From assembly GCA_040905425.1 (NCBI GenBank), contig JBBDRO010000100.1, forward strand, positions 63,124 through 127,123: a DNA stretch of 64,000 bases, written 5' to 3'. The notes under the pieces were generated by a model. That model made no database searches. It saw only the letters and a list, made by a program, of their open reading frames with translations, and was not told where the DNA came from. The stretch is from Gemmatimonadota bacterium (GTDB lineage Bacteria > Gemmatimonadota > Gemmatimonadetes > Longimicrobiales > RSA9). Position 1 is the first letter of the stretch, and every line of letters begins with the position of its first letter. The translations under genes were made by a program, and so were the position numbers. This document shows, one piece after another, positions 1-9,921 of this stretch.

Positions 1-48
1 GTCCCCCGAAGCCGCGTCCCCCGAAGCCGCGTCCCCCGAAGCCGCCTC
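1..48. repeat. 15-bp tandem repeat (gtcccccgaagccgc) x3 inside miaB, encoding an AASGD linker
   Basis: Seen directly; may continue beyond the window edge. Confidence 0.85.
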
Positions 49-483
49 CCCGGGCCCGGCCAGCGCCGGCCGCAACCGCGCCAGCGCCGCCGGCAGGCGC
101 CGATAGCCGTCCGGTCCCACGACCAGGTCCACGTAGCCGGCACGCTCGAGCAGACGCTCGCCCAGGCGCTGCGCCATGCATCCCGTGACCCCGATCACCA
201 GGTCGGGATTCGCCAGCTTGAGCCGGTTCAGCTCGCCCACACGCCCGAGCACGCGCTGCTCAGCATGCTCACGGATGGCGCAGGTGTTCACCAGCACCAC
301 GTCCGCGTCCTCGGGACGAGTCACGATCTCGAAGCCATCGGCCGCCAGGATGCCCTGCATCAGCTGGCCATCACCGATGTTCATCTGACAACCGTAGGTC
401 TCGACGAAGGCGGTGCGCCGGGGCGTGTCGGTAGGATGCTGCCTTCCCCGGGGCGTATCCATGGCTGCGGGGGACGACGTCAT
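1..483 (-). CDS. miaB: tRNA-2-methylthio-N6-dimethylallyladenosine synthase MiaB, N-terminal part (runs off the window start)
   Basis: Manual translation gives AFVETYGCQMN...DVVLVNTCAIREHAEQR...GVTGCMAQR...VDLVVGPD, the UPF0004 domain with its three conserved Cys. The ATG at 483 overlaps the upstream stop (ATGA); an alternative ATG lies at 462. Confidence 0.93.
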   Translation of the reverse strand, partial: MTSSPAAMDTPRGRQHPTDTPRRTAFVETYGCQMNIGDGQLMQGILAADGFEIVTRPEDADVVLVNTCAIREHAEQRVLGRVGELNRLKLANPDLVIGVTGCMAQRLGERLLERAGYVDLVVGPDGYRRLPAALARLRPALAGPGEAASGDAASGDAASGD

Positions 484-1670
484 TGGCCGAACACCGCCAC
501 GGCAAAGGTGAAGCGCCAGAAGGACTCGCTCAGACCGCTCGCATTGGCGGTGGCCAGCCCGGACCTGCGACCCCGCTCCACAGTGAGATCGGCCAGCGCC
601 AGCGGTGCGCTGGCCTCACCGAAGCGGAAGCCCCCGCCTCCACCGAAGGCCCATTCCGTGGCCGGCCCCTCGTCCACCCGATGGAAGGGCAATTGCAGCC
701 AACTCCCGCCCAGCCGCAATGGATAGGTGCGTGCGCCGCGGCGCACGCCCGTGTACTCCAGCCCACCGCCCAGCCGCCAGGTCTCCCGCTCGGTTACCGT
801 GGCGGTCTCCTGGGATGGATCGGTTCGCGTGGCGGCCACACCGAAGGTGCGTTCCGCACCGAGGGCGGCCATGAGATCGGGGCCCAGCATGGCGCTGGCA
901 CCCACCACCGCGCGGTGCGGCAGATCGAACGTGGCGCTGCGCGCCGGTCCGCCGGCGGAATCGGCCGACAGTTCTCCACTCAACGTGACGGCCGCGCTCA
1001 CCCGCAGTGCCGGATCGGGATCCCAGCGCACCCCCAGCGTGGCGTGGGGCGCGAGATAGTCCCAGCGGAACCGCTCGTCGTAGCCCTGGAGAGGGGGCTC
1101 CGCACCGGGAAAACCACGCGCCACCCGGCGCTCCAGCCCGCCCGTGTAGACGCCGCCGCCCAGGCCCACCGCCAGCGCCGGCGTGAGCGTGTAGGCCAGG
1201 CCGAGTTGCAGGCGTGCGATGCCGCCGCGCGAATCCAGAACGTCGCTTGTGGTGAGGGTGTCCGCACCGACCACGATCCGGCCCTCCGTGCTGATGGCCC
1301 AGGACTGATCCAGGAAGCCGCCGTAGCCGGCCGTGGCCACCAGCCGCGTGCCGATCGGGTAGAGCACGTTCATGACCGGAAAGCGCGCGCCGCCGAAAGC
1401 ATCGGAGGCACCGTTCACCGCCACGGTGCCGGTGATCGGCTGGACGGCCGCCAGCACACCCTTGCGCGGGGCGCCGGCGGCGTCCGCCGGGTTGAGGAAG
1501 GAAGCGCTGGTGCCGAGCAGACCCACACCAATGCCGCCCAGCGCACGACCGCGTGCGTCGACCGGGGCCACCGGGACGCCCAGACCGCGGGTGCCGAGCA
1601 GCGACTGGGCCGCGACGGGCGCCGCGGACACGACCATCAGGATGGCCAGAAGGAGCGCGTGACGGGTCAT
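480..1670 (-). CDS. putative outer-membrane beta-barrel protein (FadL/PorV-like)
   Basis: Signal peptide ending AVAA/AQ; N-terminal DARGRALGG motif; alternating amphipathic beta-strands; aromatic C-terminal strand FWRFTFAVAVF. Confidence 0.6.
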   Translation of the reverse strand: MTRHALLLAILMVVSAAPVAAQSLLGTRGLGVPVAPVDARGRALGGIGVGLLGTSASFLNPADAAGAPRKGVLAAVQPITGTVAVNGASDAFGGARFPVMNVLYPIGTRLVATAGYGGFLDQSWAISTEGRIVVGADTLTTSDVLDSRGGIARLQLGLAYTLTPALAVGLGGGVYTGGLERRVARGFPGAEPPLQGYDERFRWDYLAPHATLGVRWDPDPALRVSAAVTLSGELSADSAGGPARSATFDLPHRAVVGASAMLGPDLMAALGAERTFGVAATRTDPSQETATVTERETWRLGGGLEYTGVRRGARTYPLRLGGSWLQLPFHRVDEGPATEWAFGGGGGFRFGEASAPLALADLTVERGRRSGLATANASGLSESFWRFTFAVAVFGQ

Positions 1671-2953
1671 CGGAGCTGTACCTCTGTGGCCACCGTGAGG
1701 ACGAGTCGCAGGCGGGGCGCGCCACTGAATGCGCCCATACCGAAACGCCCGCCATCCGGCGGGGAGAAGAGGGCCAACCAGTCCGAGGCGGCGGCCTGCG
1801 CGTCACTGCCCAGCAGCGGGCGCATGAAACCCGTCACATCCACGACCACGGTGGCCTCGGAGTCCCCACCGAAGGCGCTGGCCGGTATAGCGTCGGCGAT
1901 CCCGACCACCTGCGCCAGCGGTGAGCGCTCCAGCGGCACGAAAGCCGGCCTGAGCACCGTGGTGGCCGTGAGTGCCACGGAATCCGTGGGTGCGTACCCC
2001 GCCGGCGGGGGCACCGGCTCGAGCAACAGCTCCGCGCGATTCAGCACCGCGTCACCCAGGCGCACGGTGCACGATCCGGGATCCCCGCTGGGCCCGCACG
2101 GCACCACGAGGTCCTCCAGCGTGGGCGCCATGCGCAGGAACGTGCGCCACCCCTCCACGCCGCCCACCCGCGGCGTGCCGGCCCGCTCGGCCAACTGCGG
2201 CGTGTAGACGCTCGTCCGGCGCGTCACGGGCACGAGCATACGAATCACCGTGTCGGGCCGGGTGGACGGCCGGAAGTCCACGTGTAGTGACATGTTGCGG
2301 ATGCGCAGCCGCCCCTGCCCTCCCATCATGGAGAGGAGCAGGCCCTGTTCGTCATCGGACGCCTCCGCCAGCGCCGCCGCCGTGGCCGAGTCGAACACGA
2401 GCAGCAGCGAATCCTGCCCCGCGGCCCACGCTAGCGTGGACCCCGACGCGGTGCGCGTCCCCCCCGGTTGTTCCCAGAGCGTACGCACGGAGGCGGTATC
2501 CACGGCGTGCGTCCACGTGGCACTGCCCGGGTCCCAGGCCTGCCGGACGGCGTGCAGGTGCACCTCCACCTCACCCTCCACGACCGAACGCAGGGTGTCC
2601 ACGACGGCGGTGAGCTGACCACCCACGAAGGTCAGGTTGCGATCCCACGCCATGCCCCCACCAGCCTGCACCACCTGCTGCGAATCGGGCAGACTCACGA
2701 ACCGGGTCAGGCTGTGCGCCTGCAGGGCCCCCCCGAACGCGTTGGCAACCACCTGATAGCCCGCCCCGGCCGGCCCGGCGTAGCCCGCGATGGCCGTGTC
2801 CAACGCCAGGAACTGACCGGCCTCGAGCACGACCTCGAAGGTCCTCAATTCACCACCCTTGACCAGACCGCCGCCCACCGCGGTTGGGCCCTCCTCCGTG
2901 CAGGCAGCGGCCGCCAGGGCCAGGACCAGGGCAACGGCCAGGGTCCCCCTCAC
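1667..2953 (-). CDS. hypothetical lipoprotein
   Basis: GTG start overlaps the cdd stop (GTGA); lipobox LAAAAC follows a hydrophobic stretch; beta-rich body; coupled to the downstream barrel gene. Confidence 0.7.
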   Translation of the reverse strand: MRGTLAVALVLALAAAACTEEGPTAVGGGLVKGGELRTFEVVLEAGQFLALDTAIAGYAGPAGAGYQVVANAFGGALQAHSLTRFVSLPDSQQVVQAGGGMAWDRNLTFVGGQLTAVVDTLRSVVEGEVEVHLHAVRQAWDPGSATWTHAVDTASVRTLWEQPGGTRTASGSTLAWAAGQDSLLLVFDSATAAALAEASDDEQGLLLSMMGGQGRLRIRNMSLHVDFRPSTRPDTVIRMLVPVTRRTSVYTPQLAERAGTPRVGGVEGWRTFLRMAPTLEDLVVPCGPSGDPGSCTVRLGDAVLNRAELLLEPVPPPAGYAPTDSVALTATTVLRPAFVPLERSPLAQVVGIADAIPASAFGGDSEATVVVDVTGFMRPLLGSDAQAAASDWLALFSPPDGGRFGMGAFSGAPRLRLVLTVATEVQLR

Positions 2954-3357
2954 GAGACACCCCCCGCCGCGCCATCGGAGCGGAGCGTGAACCGCTCCGG
3001 CAGCAGCGCGTCGAGGCTCCAGGTGGCGTGCGCGCCGCCCAGCGTCAGCGACTGGACCTCCAGCGCCGGGGCAAATTCGGCCAGCGCCTGCCGACACGCG
3101 CCGCACGGCGGTGTAGGGGTGGCCGCATCGGTCACCAGCACGAGCGAGCGGAAGCGGCGCGCACCAGCGGCCACCGCCGCTCCCAGCGCCACCCGCTCGG
3201 CGCACATGGTCAACGGCAGCGCCGCGTTCTCAACATTGCACCCCGCGTACACGGCGCCATCCTCCGCCTCGAGGGCGCAGCCTACCTGGAAGCCGGAGTA
3301 CGGCGCATAGGCACGCTCCCGCGCCGTCCGTGCCGCCGCAGCCGCTGTATCTTTCAT
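2950..3357 (-). CDS. cdd: cytidine deaminase
   Basis: [24 protein letters not shown] and PCGACRQ zinc motifs. Confidence 0.95.
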   Translation of the reverse strand: MKDTAAAAARTARERAYAPYSGFQVGCALEAEDGAVYAGCNVENAALPLTMCAERVALGAAVAAGARRFRSLVLVTDAATPTPPCGACRQALAEFAPALEVQSLTLGGAHATWSLDALLPERFTLRSDGAAGGVS

Positions 3358-3421
3358 TACCGCCACGTTCGCTCTTTCTCTTTCTGGCAAGCGACGATGC
3401 CCGTCCACCGCTCCGCGTGCG

Positions 3422-4543
3422 TCAGGTTTCCACGCGGGGCAGCCTCGTGGTGAGCCCCGTCAGAATTTCGTAGCTGATGGTACCGGCGCACTCGGCCACC
3501 TCGTCCACCGTGATCTCCGCGTCAGCTTCGCGTCCCACGAAGGTCACGATCTCCCCCGGCTCGGCTTCGAGGTCCGACATGTCTACCACGGTCATGTCCA
3601 TGGAGATCCGTCCGACCACCGGAATGCGCCGCCCGCGCAGCAGGGCGGAGCCCCGGTTGGCCAGCGTCCGGGGCAGACCGTCACCGTAGCCGATGGCCAC
3701 GGTACCCCACCGCTCCCATCCGCGTGCCTGATGCGTGGCCCCATACCCCACGGTGCTGCCGGGCGGCACGCTGCGTACCTGGACCAGCCGGGCCCGCACG
3801 GCGGCCACGGCGCGCGGCCGTGGCACGCCGGCCACGCCCGGCGCCGCCGCCCCGCCGTAGAGGAAGATGCCCGGACGAACCGCGTCAGCGCCGTATTCGG
3901 GCCAGCGCATCGAGGCCGCGCTGTTGCATGCGTGCACGCACAGATCTCCCAGCTTCACGGGAAGCTGCGCCAGCGCGTCCTGGAAGCGGCGCCACTGCGA
4001 AGCTACGCCCATGGCGTCGGCGGCGTCGGCGCTGTGAAAGTGCGTGAACACCCCCGTCCAACGGAGCCGCGCTCCCGTGCGCGCCTGCACCGCCGCGGCC
4101 CACTCGCTGGTGTCGCGCCAGTCGAAGCCGGCTCTGCCCATGCCGGTGTCGACCTCCACGTGGAACTCGAGGGGGCCGTGACGCTCCGCCGCGGCCGCCC
4201 ACGCTTCCAGCCCGGCCACGCTGGATACCGATGCCACCAGCCGTGCGCGGGCCGCCGTCTCGACGGCCCCGGGCGCCAGCGGGGTGAATACGTGAACGGG
4301 GCGCCGCACCCCGAGTTCCCGCAGGGCGGCGCCCTCCATGGCCGTGGCTACCCCGTACCCCCACGGCTCCAGCGGCTCCAGCGCACGCACCACGCGCGCG
4401 GCACCGAGGCCGTAGGCGTCCGCCTTCACCATGGGCAGCACGCTCCGCTCGGCGCCCACGTGGCGGCGCACCGTCTCATAATTGGCGCGCACCGCGTCGA
4501 GGTTCACCTCGACCCAGGCGCGCTCTCGCAAGTCGTTTGACAT
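3422..4543 (-). CDS. alr: alanine racemase
   Basis: [10 protein letters not shown] (PLP lysine), [36 protein letters not shown]. Confidence 0.96.
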   Translation of the reverse strand: MSNDLRERAWVEVNLDAVRANYETVRRHVGAERSVLPMVKADAYGLGAARVVRALEPLEPWGYGVATAMEGAALRELGVRRPVHVFTPLAPGAVETAARARLVASVSSVAGLEAWAAAAERHGPLEFHVEVDTGMGRAGFDWRDTSEWAAAVQARTGARLRWTGVFTHFHSADAADAMGVASQWRRFQDALAQLPVKLGDLCVHACNSAASMRWPEYGADAVRPGIFLYGGAAAPGVAGVPRPRAVAAVRARLVQVRSVPPGSTVGYGATHQARGWERWGTVAIGYGDGLPRTLANRGSALLRGRRIPVVGRISMDMTVVDMSDLEAEPGEIVTFVGREADAEITVDEVAECAGTISYEILTGLTTRLPRVET

Positions 4544-4561
4544 GGCCGACAAAGAACGCCT

Positions 4562-4590
4562 AGTATAGAGTTACCGTGACCCCCGGGCAA
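4562..4590 (-). promoter_or_regulatory. sigma70-type promoter for the alr operon
   Basis: TTGCCC-17bp-TATACT on the minus strand just upstream of alr. Confidence 0.65.
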
Positions 4591-4647
4591 GGCAGCGTGG
4601 CGCGCTTTTCCGCGTCCCTGAGCCACCTCCGACCCACTCCCGACGAC

Positions 4648-5676
4648 ATGGCCGCAAACAGCTCGCTGGACGGTCCCGTGCTGGACCGCGCCCTGGACCT
4701 CGTGCGCTTCCTGCGCGCGCGCTGCCCGTGGGACGCCAGGCAGACACCCGCCTCGCTCGTGCCCTATCTCCTGGAGGAGGCGCACGAGGCCGCGGACGCC
4801 ATCGTGGAGGAGGATGACGGGGCCCTTCCGGGCGAACTCGGCGATCTGCTCCTGAACCTGGCCTTCCAGGTGGTGCTGGCCGAGGAGCGGGAGGCGTTCG
4901 ACGCCGCAACTGTCGTGGAGCGTCTGGAGGCCAAGATGCGCCGGCGCCACCCGCAGCTGTACGGCGACGGACCCGCCCGGGACTGGGAGGCCATGAAGGC
5001 GGCGGAGCGAACCGCCGAGGACGCGGGAGCCTCCGTCCTGCATGGCCTGCCGCGGGGGCTCGAGCCGCTGTCTCGCGCACAGCGCATCCAGGACCGGGTG
5101 GCCGGTGTGGGCTTCGACTGGGCCGACGTGGAAGGTGCCCTGGCCAAGGTGGAGGAAGAACTGGCGGAGGTCCGTGGCGCGCTGGCCGCGGAACCCTCAC
5201 CGGCGCTCGAGGAGGAGCTCGGGGATCTGCTCTTTGCCGTGGTCAATGTGGCGCGCCTGTCGGGTGCCCACGCCATGCGCGCCCTGCAGCGGGCCAATGC
5301 CAAGTTCACGGGCCGCTTCGAGGCGCTCGAGCGGCGGGCCGGTGAGCGCGGCCTGGTGCTGGGCCAGGCCACGCTCGAGGAACTGGACGCCGTGTGGGAC
5401 GAAGTAAAGGCCGCGGAGGCCGCGCGGCGCACCGCGGAGGCTGAGCCCGCCCCGGAGGCTGAGCCCGCCCCGGAGGCTGAGCCCGCCCCGGATGGTGAGC
5501 GCGCCCCGGAGCGGCAGCCCGCCCCGGAGGGTGAGCGCGCCCCGGCGCGGCAGCCCGCCCCGGACGGTGAGCGCGCCCCGGCGCGGCAGCCCGCCCCGGA
5601 GGGTGAGCGCGCCCCGGAGCGGCAGCCCGCCGCCGAGCGTCCGCGCGCCGAGGGTGAAGGACGCCACGTGGACTGA
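4648..5676 (+). CDS. mazG: nucleoside triphosphate pyrophosphohydrolase MazG with a repetitive C-terminal tail
   Basis: CPWDARQT, LLEEAHE, two ELGDLL motifs, RRHP, GFDW, ANAKF. Confidence 0.93.
   Translation: MAANSSLDGPVLDRALDLVRFLRARCPWDARQTPASLVPYLLEEAHEAADAIVEEDDGALPGELGDLLLNLAFQVVLAEEREAFDAATVVERLEAKMRRRHPQLYGDGPARDWEAMKAAERTAEDAGASVLHGLPRGLEPLSRAQRIQDRVAGVGFDWADVEGALAKVEEELAEVRGALAAEPSPALEEELGDLLFAVVNVARLSGAHAMRALQRANAKFTGRFEALERRAGERGLVLGQATLEELDAVWDEVKAAEAARRTAEAEPAPEAEPAPEAEPAPDGERAPERQPAPEGERAPARQPAPDGERAPARQPAPEGERAPERQPAAERPRAEGEGRHVD
5435..5632 (+). repeat. 11 x 18-bp tandem repeat in the mazG 3' end (EAEPAP / ERQPAP / GERAP units)
   Basis: cggaggctgagcccgccc x3, then alternating cggaNggtgagcgcgccc and cggNgcggcagcccgccc units. 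Confidence 0.92.
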
Positions 5677-5728
5677 GCGCGCGGCGGGGCCGCGCTGGGA
5701 CGTCGCTTACGACCGGGCGCCGCGGCCC

Positions 5729-7024
5729 TCAGGGGTAGATGCGGTTCAGCATGCGCGGGAAGGGAATCAACTCGCGGATGTGGTGCCGGCCGGCGATCCA
5801 TCCCACGGTGCGCTCCACGCCCAGCCCGAAGCCGGCATGGGGAAAGGAACCGTAGCGGCGCAGTTCGAGATACCATTTGTAGGCCGCCTCGGGCAGCTTC
5901 TCCTCGTGGATGCGCTCCAGCAGCCGCGCATGATCGTCCTCGCGCTGGCTGCCGCCGATGATCTCCCCGTAGCCTTCCGGCGCCAGCAGGTCGTTGCACA
6001 GCACCGTGCGGGGGTCGTCGGGGTTCTCCTTCATATAGAAGGCCTTGGCCTGCTTGGGGTAGTTGTAAACGAACACCGGTCGATCGTGCAGCTCCGCCAG
6101 CGCCGTCTCGTGGGGCGCGCCCAGGTCATCCCCCCAGCTGATGTCGTGCCCCTTCTCCTGCAGAATCTTGACCGCGTCGGTATAGTCCACACGGGGGAAC
6201 GGCGCGGCCACGCGCTCGAGGGTGGTGGTGTCCCGCTCCAGGACATCCAACTCGTCACGGCAGCGCTCCAGCGCGCGTTCCACGAGATAGGTGACGAAGG
6301 TCTCCTGGAGGCGCATGTTGTCCTCCGAGTCGGCCCAGGCCACCTCGGGCTCCACCATCCAGAACTCGGTGAGGTGGCGGCGCGTCTTGGACTTCTCGGC
6401 GCGAAAGGTGGGTCCGAAGCAGTACACCTTGCCGAACGCGGCGGCGGCGGCCTCCACATAGAGCTGGCCCGTCTGCGCCAGGTAGGCGGGCTCACCGAAG
6501 TAGTCGATCTCGAACAGTCCGGCGCCACCCTCCCCGATGGCGGAGGTGATAATGGGCGTGTCGATGCGGGTGAAGCCGTTCGTGTAGAAGAAATCGTGGA
6601 TGGCCTGCTCCACCTCGTGGCGGATGCGGAGGCCCGCGCGCTGCTGGGCCGAGCGCAGCCAGAGGTGACGGTGATCCAGGAGGAAGTCCACCCCGTGTTC
6701 CTTCGGCTGGATGGGGTACTCCTCGCTGGCCGCGACCAGTTCCACGTCCCGCACCACGAGTTCGTAGCCACCGGGGGCGCGCGCGTCCGCCTTCACGCTT
6801 CCGGTGATGCACACGGTGCTCTCCTGGGTCAGCGCCGTGAACGATTCCCATGCAGGCTCGGAGAGCTCCTTGCGGGCAAAGACGCACTGGACGATGCCGG
6901 TACCGTCACGCACCACGGCAAAGCCGATCTTGCCGTGGGTCCGGGTGGTATGCACCCAGCCCCGGATGATGACATCGTTTCCTTCGTGGTCCCCCAGGGA
7001 CCGGATCTCGGCTAGGACGGCCAT
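5729..7024 (-). CDS. asnS: asparagine--tRNA ligase
   Basis: OB-fold RGWV...RDGTG; YLAQTGQLY; motif 2 FRAEKSKTRRHLTEFWMVEPE; EIIGGSQRE; motif 3 GFGLGVER. Confidence 0.96.
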   Translation of the reverse strand: MAVLAEIRSLGDHEGNDVIIRGWVHTTRTHGKIGFAVVRDGTGIVQCVFARKELSEPAWESFTALTQESTVCITGSVKADARAPGGYELVVRDVELVAASEEYPIQPKEHGVDFLLDHRHLWLRSAQQRAGLRIRHEVEQAIHDFFYTNGFTRIDTPIITSAIGEGGAGLFEIDYFGEPAYLAQTGQLYVEAAAAAFGKVYCFGPTFRAEKSKTRRHLTEFWMVEPEVAWADSEDNMRLQETFVTYLVERALERCRDELDVLERDTTTLERVAAPFPRVDYTDAVKILQEKGHDISWGDDLGAPHETALAELHDRPVFVYNYPKQAKAFYMKENPDDPRTVLCNDLLAPEGYGEIIGGSQREDDHARLLERIHEEKLPEAAYKWYLELRRYGSFPHAGFGLGVERTVGWIAGRHHIRELIPFPRMLNRIYP

Positions 7025-7087
7025 GGACCTGCTCGGCAGATGATCGGTGCGGACGAATGCCCGTGCCCCGCAGCCGCGGGGTGCGAA

Positions 7088-7116
7088 AAGGTAGACGGGC
7101 CGTCGGAGAGGGTCAA
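7088..7116 (-). promoter_or_regulatory. sigma70-type promoter for asnS
   Basis: TTGACC-17bp-TACCTT on the minus strand. Confidence 0.65.
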
Positions 7117-7147
7117 TCGGGGGCGCGCCGCCTGGCGGACCCCCGGC

Positions 7148-8218
7148 GTGGCGCTGGCCGTACTCCTGCTGGAGGGCTGCCTGGCGGCGCCGCGCCCGGT
7201 GCCCGTGGCCGACGTGGCGCCGCCCGCAGGGTCCGTGCCCGCCGCGGCCCCGGCCGCGCCGGTGGAGGCGTGGCGCACGGACGTGGGCAACGGACTCGAG
7301 TACGGCATCACGGTGCACGGCCCGGTGATCCTGGCCACAACCACGGACCGCATGCTGGTGGCCCACGCGGCGGCGGACGGCCGGCGTTTCTGGGGCCGCC
7401 GCTACGGCTCGCCGCTGGTGGGCGCGCCCGTACCCGTGGCAGGGCACGTCCACTTCGGCACGGGCTACCGGGACCGGAAGATCCACGCCGTGGAGCTGGA
7501 ACTGGGGCGCGCGGGCTGGGAGCGCCGCACGGGGGAGGCGCGCACGCCCGTAACCGTGGGATCCGACGACCTCTACGTGGGCATGGAGGACGGACGCGTG
7601 CTGGCGCTCTCCCTGGAGGACGGGACCGTGCGCTGGGAGCGCCGTCTGCCGGACAGGGCCGCGTGGGCGCCCGTGCTCCAAGGAGATCAGGTCATCGTGG
7701 CCACCTACCACGACACCCTCTACTCCCTGGACGCGGCCACCGGCCAGGTACGCGGCCGCCTGCCGTTGCCGGGCACCCCGTCGGCACCGCCCCTCGTGGT
7801 GGAGGCCACCCTGTATCTGCCGCTCCATCCAGGCGTGCTGGCCGCGGTGGTCCTTTCGGGAACACAGCCCGCGCTGGCGTGGCGCGCCGAGCTGGCCGAC
7901 CCCGTGCTCGCCGCGCCCGTCCGCATGCCCGGCGGCGGCCTGCTGCTGCTGGATCGAGCGGCACGCCTGTGGACCGTGGACGCGGCCGGGAGCGCGCGGC
8001 AGCTCGTGGAGCTGGGCGGCGCCGCCACGGGCTCCCTGGCGGCGGCGGCGCAGGGCGCCGTCGTGGGCCGTCTGGATGGCGCGCTCTTCCTGGTCGGCGC
8101 CGACGGCGTGGTACGCTGGCGGCTGGAGTTGGGCGACGCGATCGTGAGCCCGGTAACCGTGCGCGCCGACGGCCTGTACGTACCGCTCCTTCACGGTGAG
8201 ATCGTGAAATTCAGATGA
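7148..8218 (+). CDS. PQQ-like beta-propeller repeat protein (BamB-like), possible lipoprotein; start uncertain (ATG 7040 or GTG 7148)
   Basis: Repeated blade motifs such as ALSLEDGTVRWE, LDAATGQVRG and GADGVVRWR; hydrophobic N-terminus ending LEGC. Confidence 0.75.
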   Translation: MALAVLLLEGCLAAPRPVPVADVAPPAGSVPAAAPAAPVEAWRTDVGNGLEYGITVHGPVILATTTDRMLVAHAAADGRRFWGRRYGSPLVGAPVPVAGHVHFGTGYRDRKIHAVELELGRAGWERRTGEARTPVTVGSDDLYVGMEDGRVLALSLEDGTVRWERRLPDRAAWAPVLQGDQVIVATYHDTLYSLDAATGQVRGRLPLPGTPSAPPLVVEATLYLPLHPGVLAAVVLSGTQPALAWRAELADPVLAAPVRMPGGGLLLLDRAARLWTVDAAGSARQLVELGGAATGSLAAAAQGAVVGRLDGALFLVGADGVVRWRLELGDAIVSPVTVRADGLYVPLLHGEIVKFR

Positions 8219-8877
8219 GGCTGACAAGGCGCTCTACCGGATTGCTGCTGGGCACGCTGGTGGCGGCTCAGGGATCGGCCGCGGCTCAGGGATCGGCCGC
8301 GGCCCAGGGATCAGGATCAGCCGCGGCCCAGGGATCAGCCGCGGCCCAGGTCGCGGGGCTGGAGGGTCCAGCGCCTTTCCAGGCGCGCGCGACCGCGGCA
8401 GGCCTGGTGTGGGCGTCCGAACCCGAGCGCGAGTGGACCGCGGGGGCCGTTGTAGAGCGCGCCGCGGGCGGCCCGTTCCGCCCCGTGGCGGTGGCCAAAT
8501 GGGGATTCCTCGGCGGCGCAGCCGGGGTCGCGGTGTGGGGTGTCCTCGAGAGCCGCCGCGCGGACGACGCGTACGAGGCGCTCGAGGCGCGCTGCGCCGC
8601 GGACGAAGCGGCGTGCGCGGCACGCCTGGCCTCGGGCGCCTACGCCGACGCCGGCCTGGAGGCGGCCTACGGGGACGTGCTGGCCGCGGATCGCCGCGCC
8701 GGCCGTGCGCTGCTGGCCGCCGAGGTGGCGTTTGCCGCCAGTGTGGTGCTCTTCGTACTGGACCTACGCAACGCTGGGGCGCCGGAAGATATTCCCTACG
8801 AACCCCGGCTGCGGACGGGCCGGATGGAAGACGGTGGTGTGCGTCTCTCGCTCCACCTTCGCCTCCCGCACCGCTGA
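8215..8877 (+). CDS. hypothetical membrane protein
   Basis: ATGA overlap with the upstream gene; signal-like N-terminus; two hydrophobic segments flanking a Cys pair. Confidence 0.65.
   Translation: MRLTRRSTGLLLGTLVAAQGSAAAQGSAAAQGSGSAAAQGSAAAQVAGLEGPAPFQARATAAGLVWASEPEREWTAGAVVERAAGGPFRPVAVAKWGFLGGAAGVAVWGVLESRRADDAYEALEARCAADEAACAARLASGAYADAGLEAAYGDVLAADRRAGRALLAAEVAFAASVVLFVLDLRNAGAPEDIPYEPRLRTGRMEDGGVRLSLHLRLPHR
8263..8350 (+). repeat. 18-bp tandem repeat encoding AAQGSA, about 4.5 copies
   Basis: gcggc(t/c)cagggatc(g/a)gcc repeated, one copy with a 6-bp insertion. Confidence 0.85.
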
Positions 8878-9921
8878 TTCCGCGGCGGCCGGCACAAGCT
8901 CCTCCTGACCCGCGAGCTCGAGCAACACATCCACGATCCGCGGGTCGAACTGCCGCCCGCGCTGGGCCGTTATCTCCGCCAGTGCCCGCTTCCGTGACCA
9001 TGCCGCCTTGTAGGGGCGGACATGGGTGAGGGCGTCGAACACGTCCGCCACGGCCACGATGCGCCCCTCGAGCGGAATCTCCTCGCCGCGCAGCCCACGC
9101 GGGTAACCGGTTCCGTCCCAGCGCTCGTGGTGGGTGAGCGCAATGCTTTCGGCCATGCGCAGCACGGGAAAGCGGCTCCCCGCCAGGATGGCGGCACCCA
9201 CCACCGTGTGCTGACGCACATTCTCCAGTTGGTCATCCGTCAGCGAGCCCTGCTTTTGGAGCACCGCGTCACTCACGGCGATCTTGCCCAGATCGTGAAG
9301 CGGCGCGGCGCGCGCGATCCGCCGCACCGCCGCCGCGCTCATGCCCAGGCGGCGGGCGATTCCGGCCGACAGCGCCGCCACGCGCTCCGTGTGCCCCCGG
9401 GTGGGCCCATCGTGCAAGCGGGTGGCCTCCTCCAGCCGCGCGATGATCTCGTCCTCCGCCAGGTCGGCCCGGCGCCGCTGCCGCACCGCGTCCGCGGAAG
9501 TGCGGCGCTGCCACCGGATGAACTCCAGCAGCCGCTCCACCCGCATGACGAGGTCAGCGCCCATGTAGGGCTTCACGACGAAGTCCGCGGCACCGAGTTC
9601 GTGGGCGCGACGCCGGGAGGGCGCGGTGCCGTCGGCGCTGACCACGATGACGGGTACCACTCCCTCCTCACCCAGCGCCTCACGCAGGGCGGTCAGGAAG
9701 TCGAAGCCGTCATGCCGGGGCATGTGCAGGTCCAGGAGCACCACGTCGTGTCGGTGCGCCTGGAAGAGCGCCAGCGCCGTCTCACCCTCCCCCGCAACAT
9801 CCACGTGCGGACAGCCGGCACGCTCCAGGAGGCGTACCAGGAGGCGGGCGTTGGATGCCTCATCGTCCACCACGAGGAGGCGGGCGTCAGCCAGCACGTT
9901 GTCCAGCGCCTGATCCGGCAT
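8764..9921 (-). CDS. response regulator with receiver and HD-GYP domains (RpfG-like c-di-GMP phosphodiesterase)
   Basis: Receiver: LVVDDE, LLDLHMP, FVVKP. HD-GYP: HTERV, LHDLGK, HHERWDGTGYP, VADVFDAL, RPYK, FDP. Confidence 0.9.
   Translation of the reverse strand: MPDQALDNVLADARLLVVDDEASNARLLVRLLERAGCPHVDVAGEGETALALFQAHRHDVVLLDLHMPRHDGFDFLTALREALGEEGVVPVIVVSADGTAPSRRRAHELGAADFVVKPYMGADLVMRVERLLEFIRWQRRTSADAVRQRRRADLAEDEIIARLEEATRLHDGPTRGHTERVAALSAGIARRLGMSAAAVRRIARAAPLHDLGKIAVSDAVLQKQGSLTDDQLENVRQHTVVGAAILAGSRFPVLRMAESIALTHHERWDGTGYPRGLRGEEIPLEGRIVAVADVFDALTHVRPYKAAWSRKRALAEITAQRGRQFDPRIVDVLLELAGQEELVPAAAESAVREAKVERETHTTVFHPARPQPGFVGNIFRRPSVA

Noticed and set aside
5435..5632. CRISPR array
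   Set aside because: The units are contiguous, in-frame and have no unique spacers; no cas genes are present.
5729..8227. 832-aa ORF as an AsnRS fusion protein
   Set aside because: The N-terminal ~400 aa are the antisense of the beta-propeller gene; AsnRS homology begins at 7024, just behind its own promoter.
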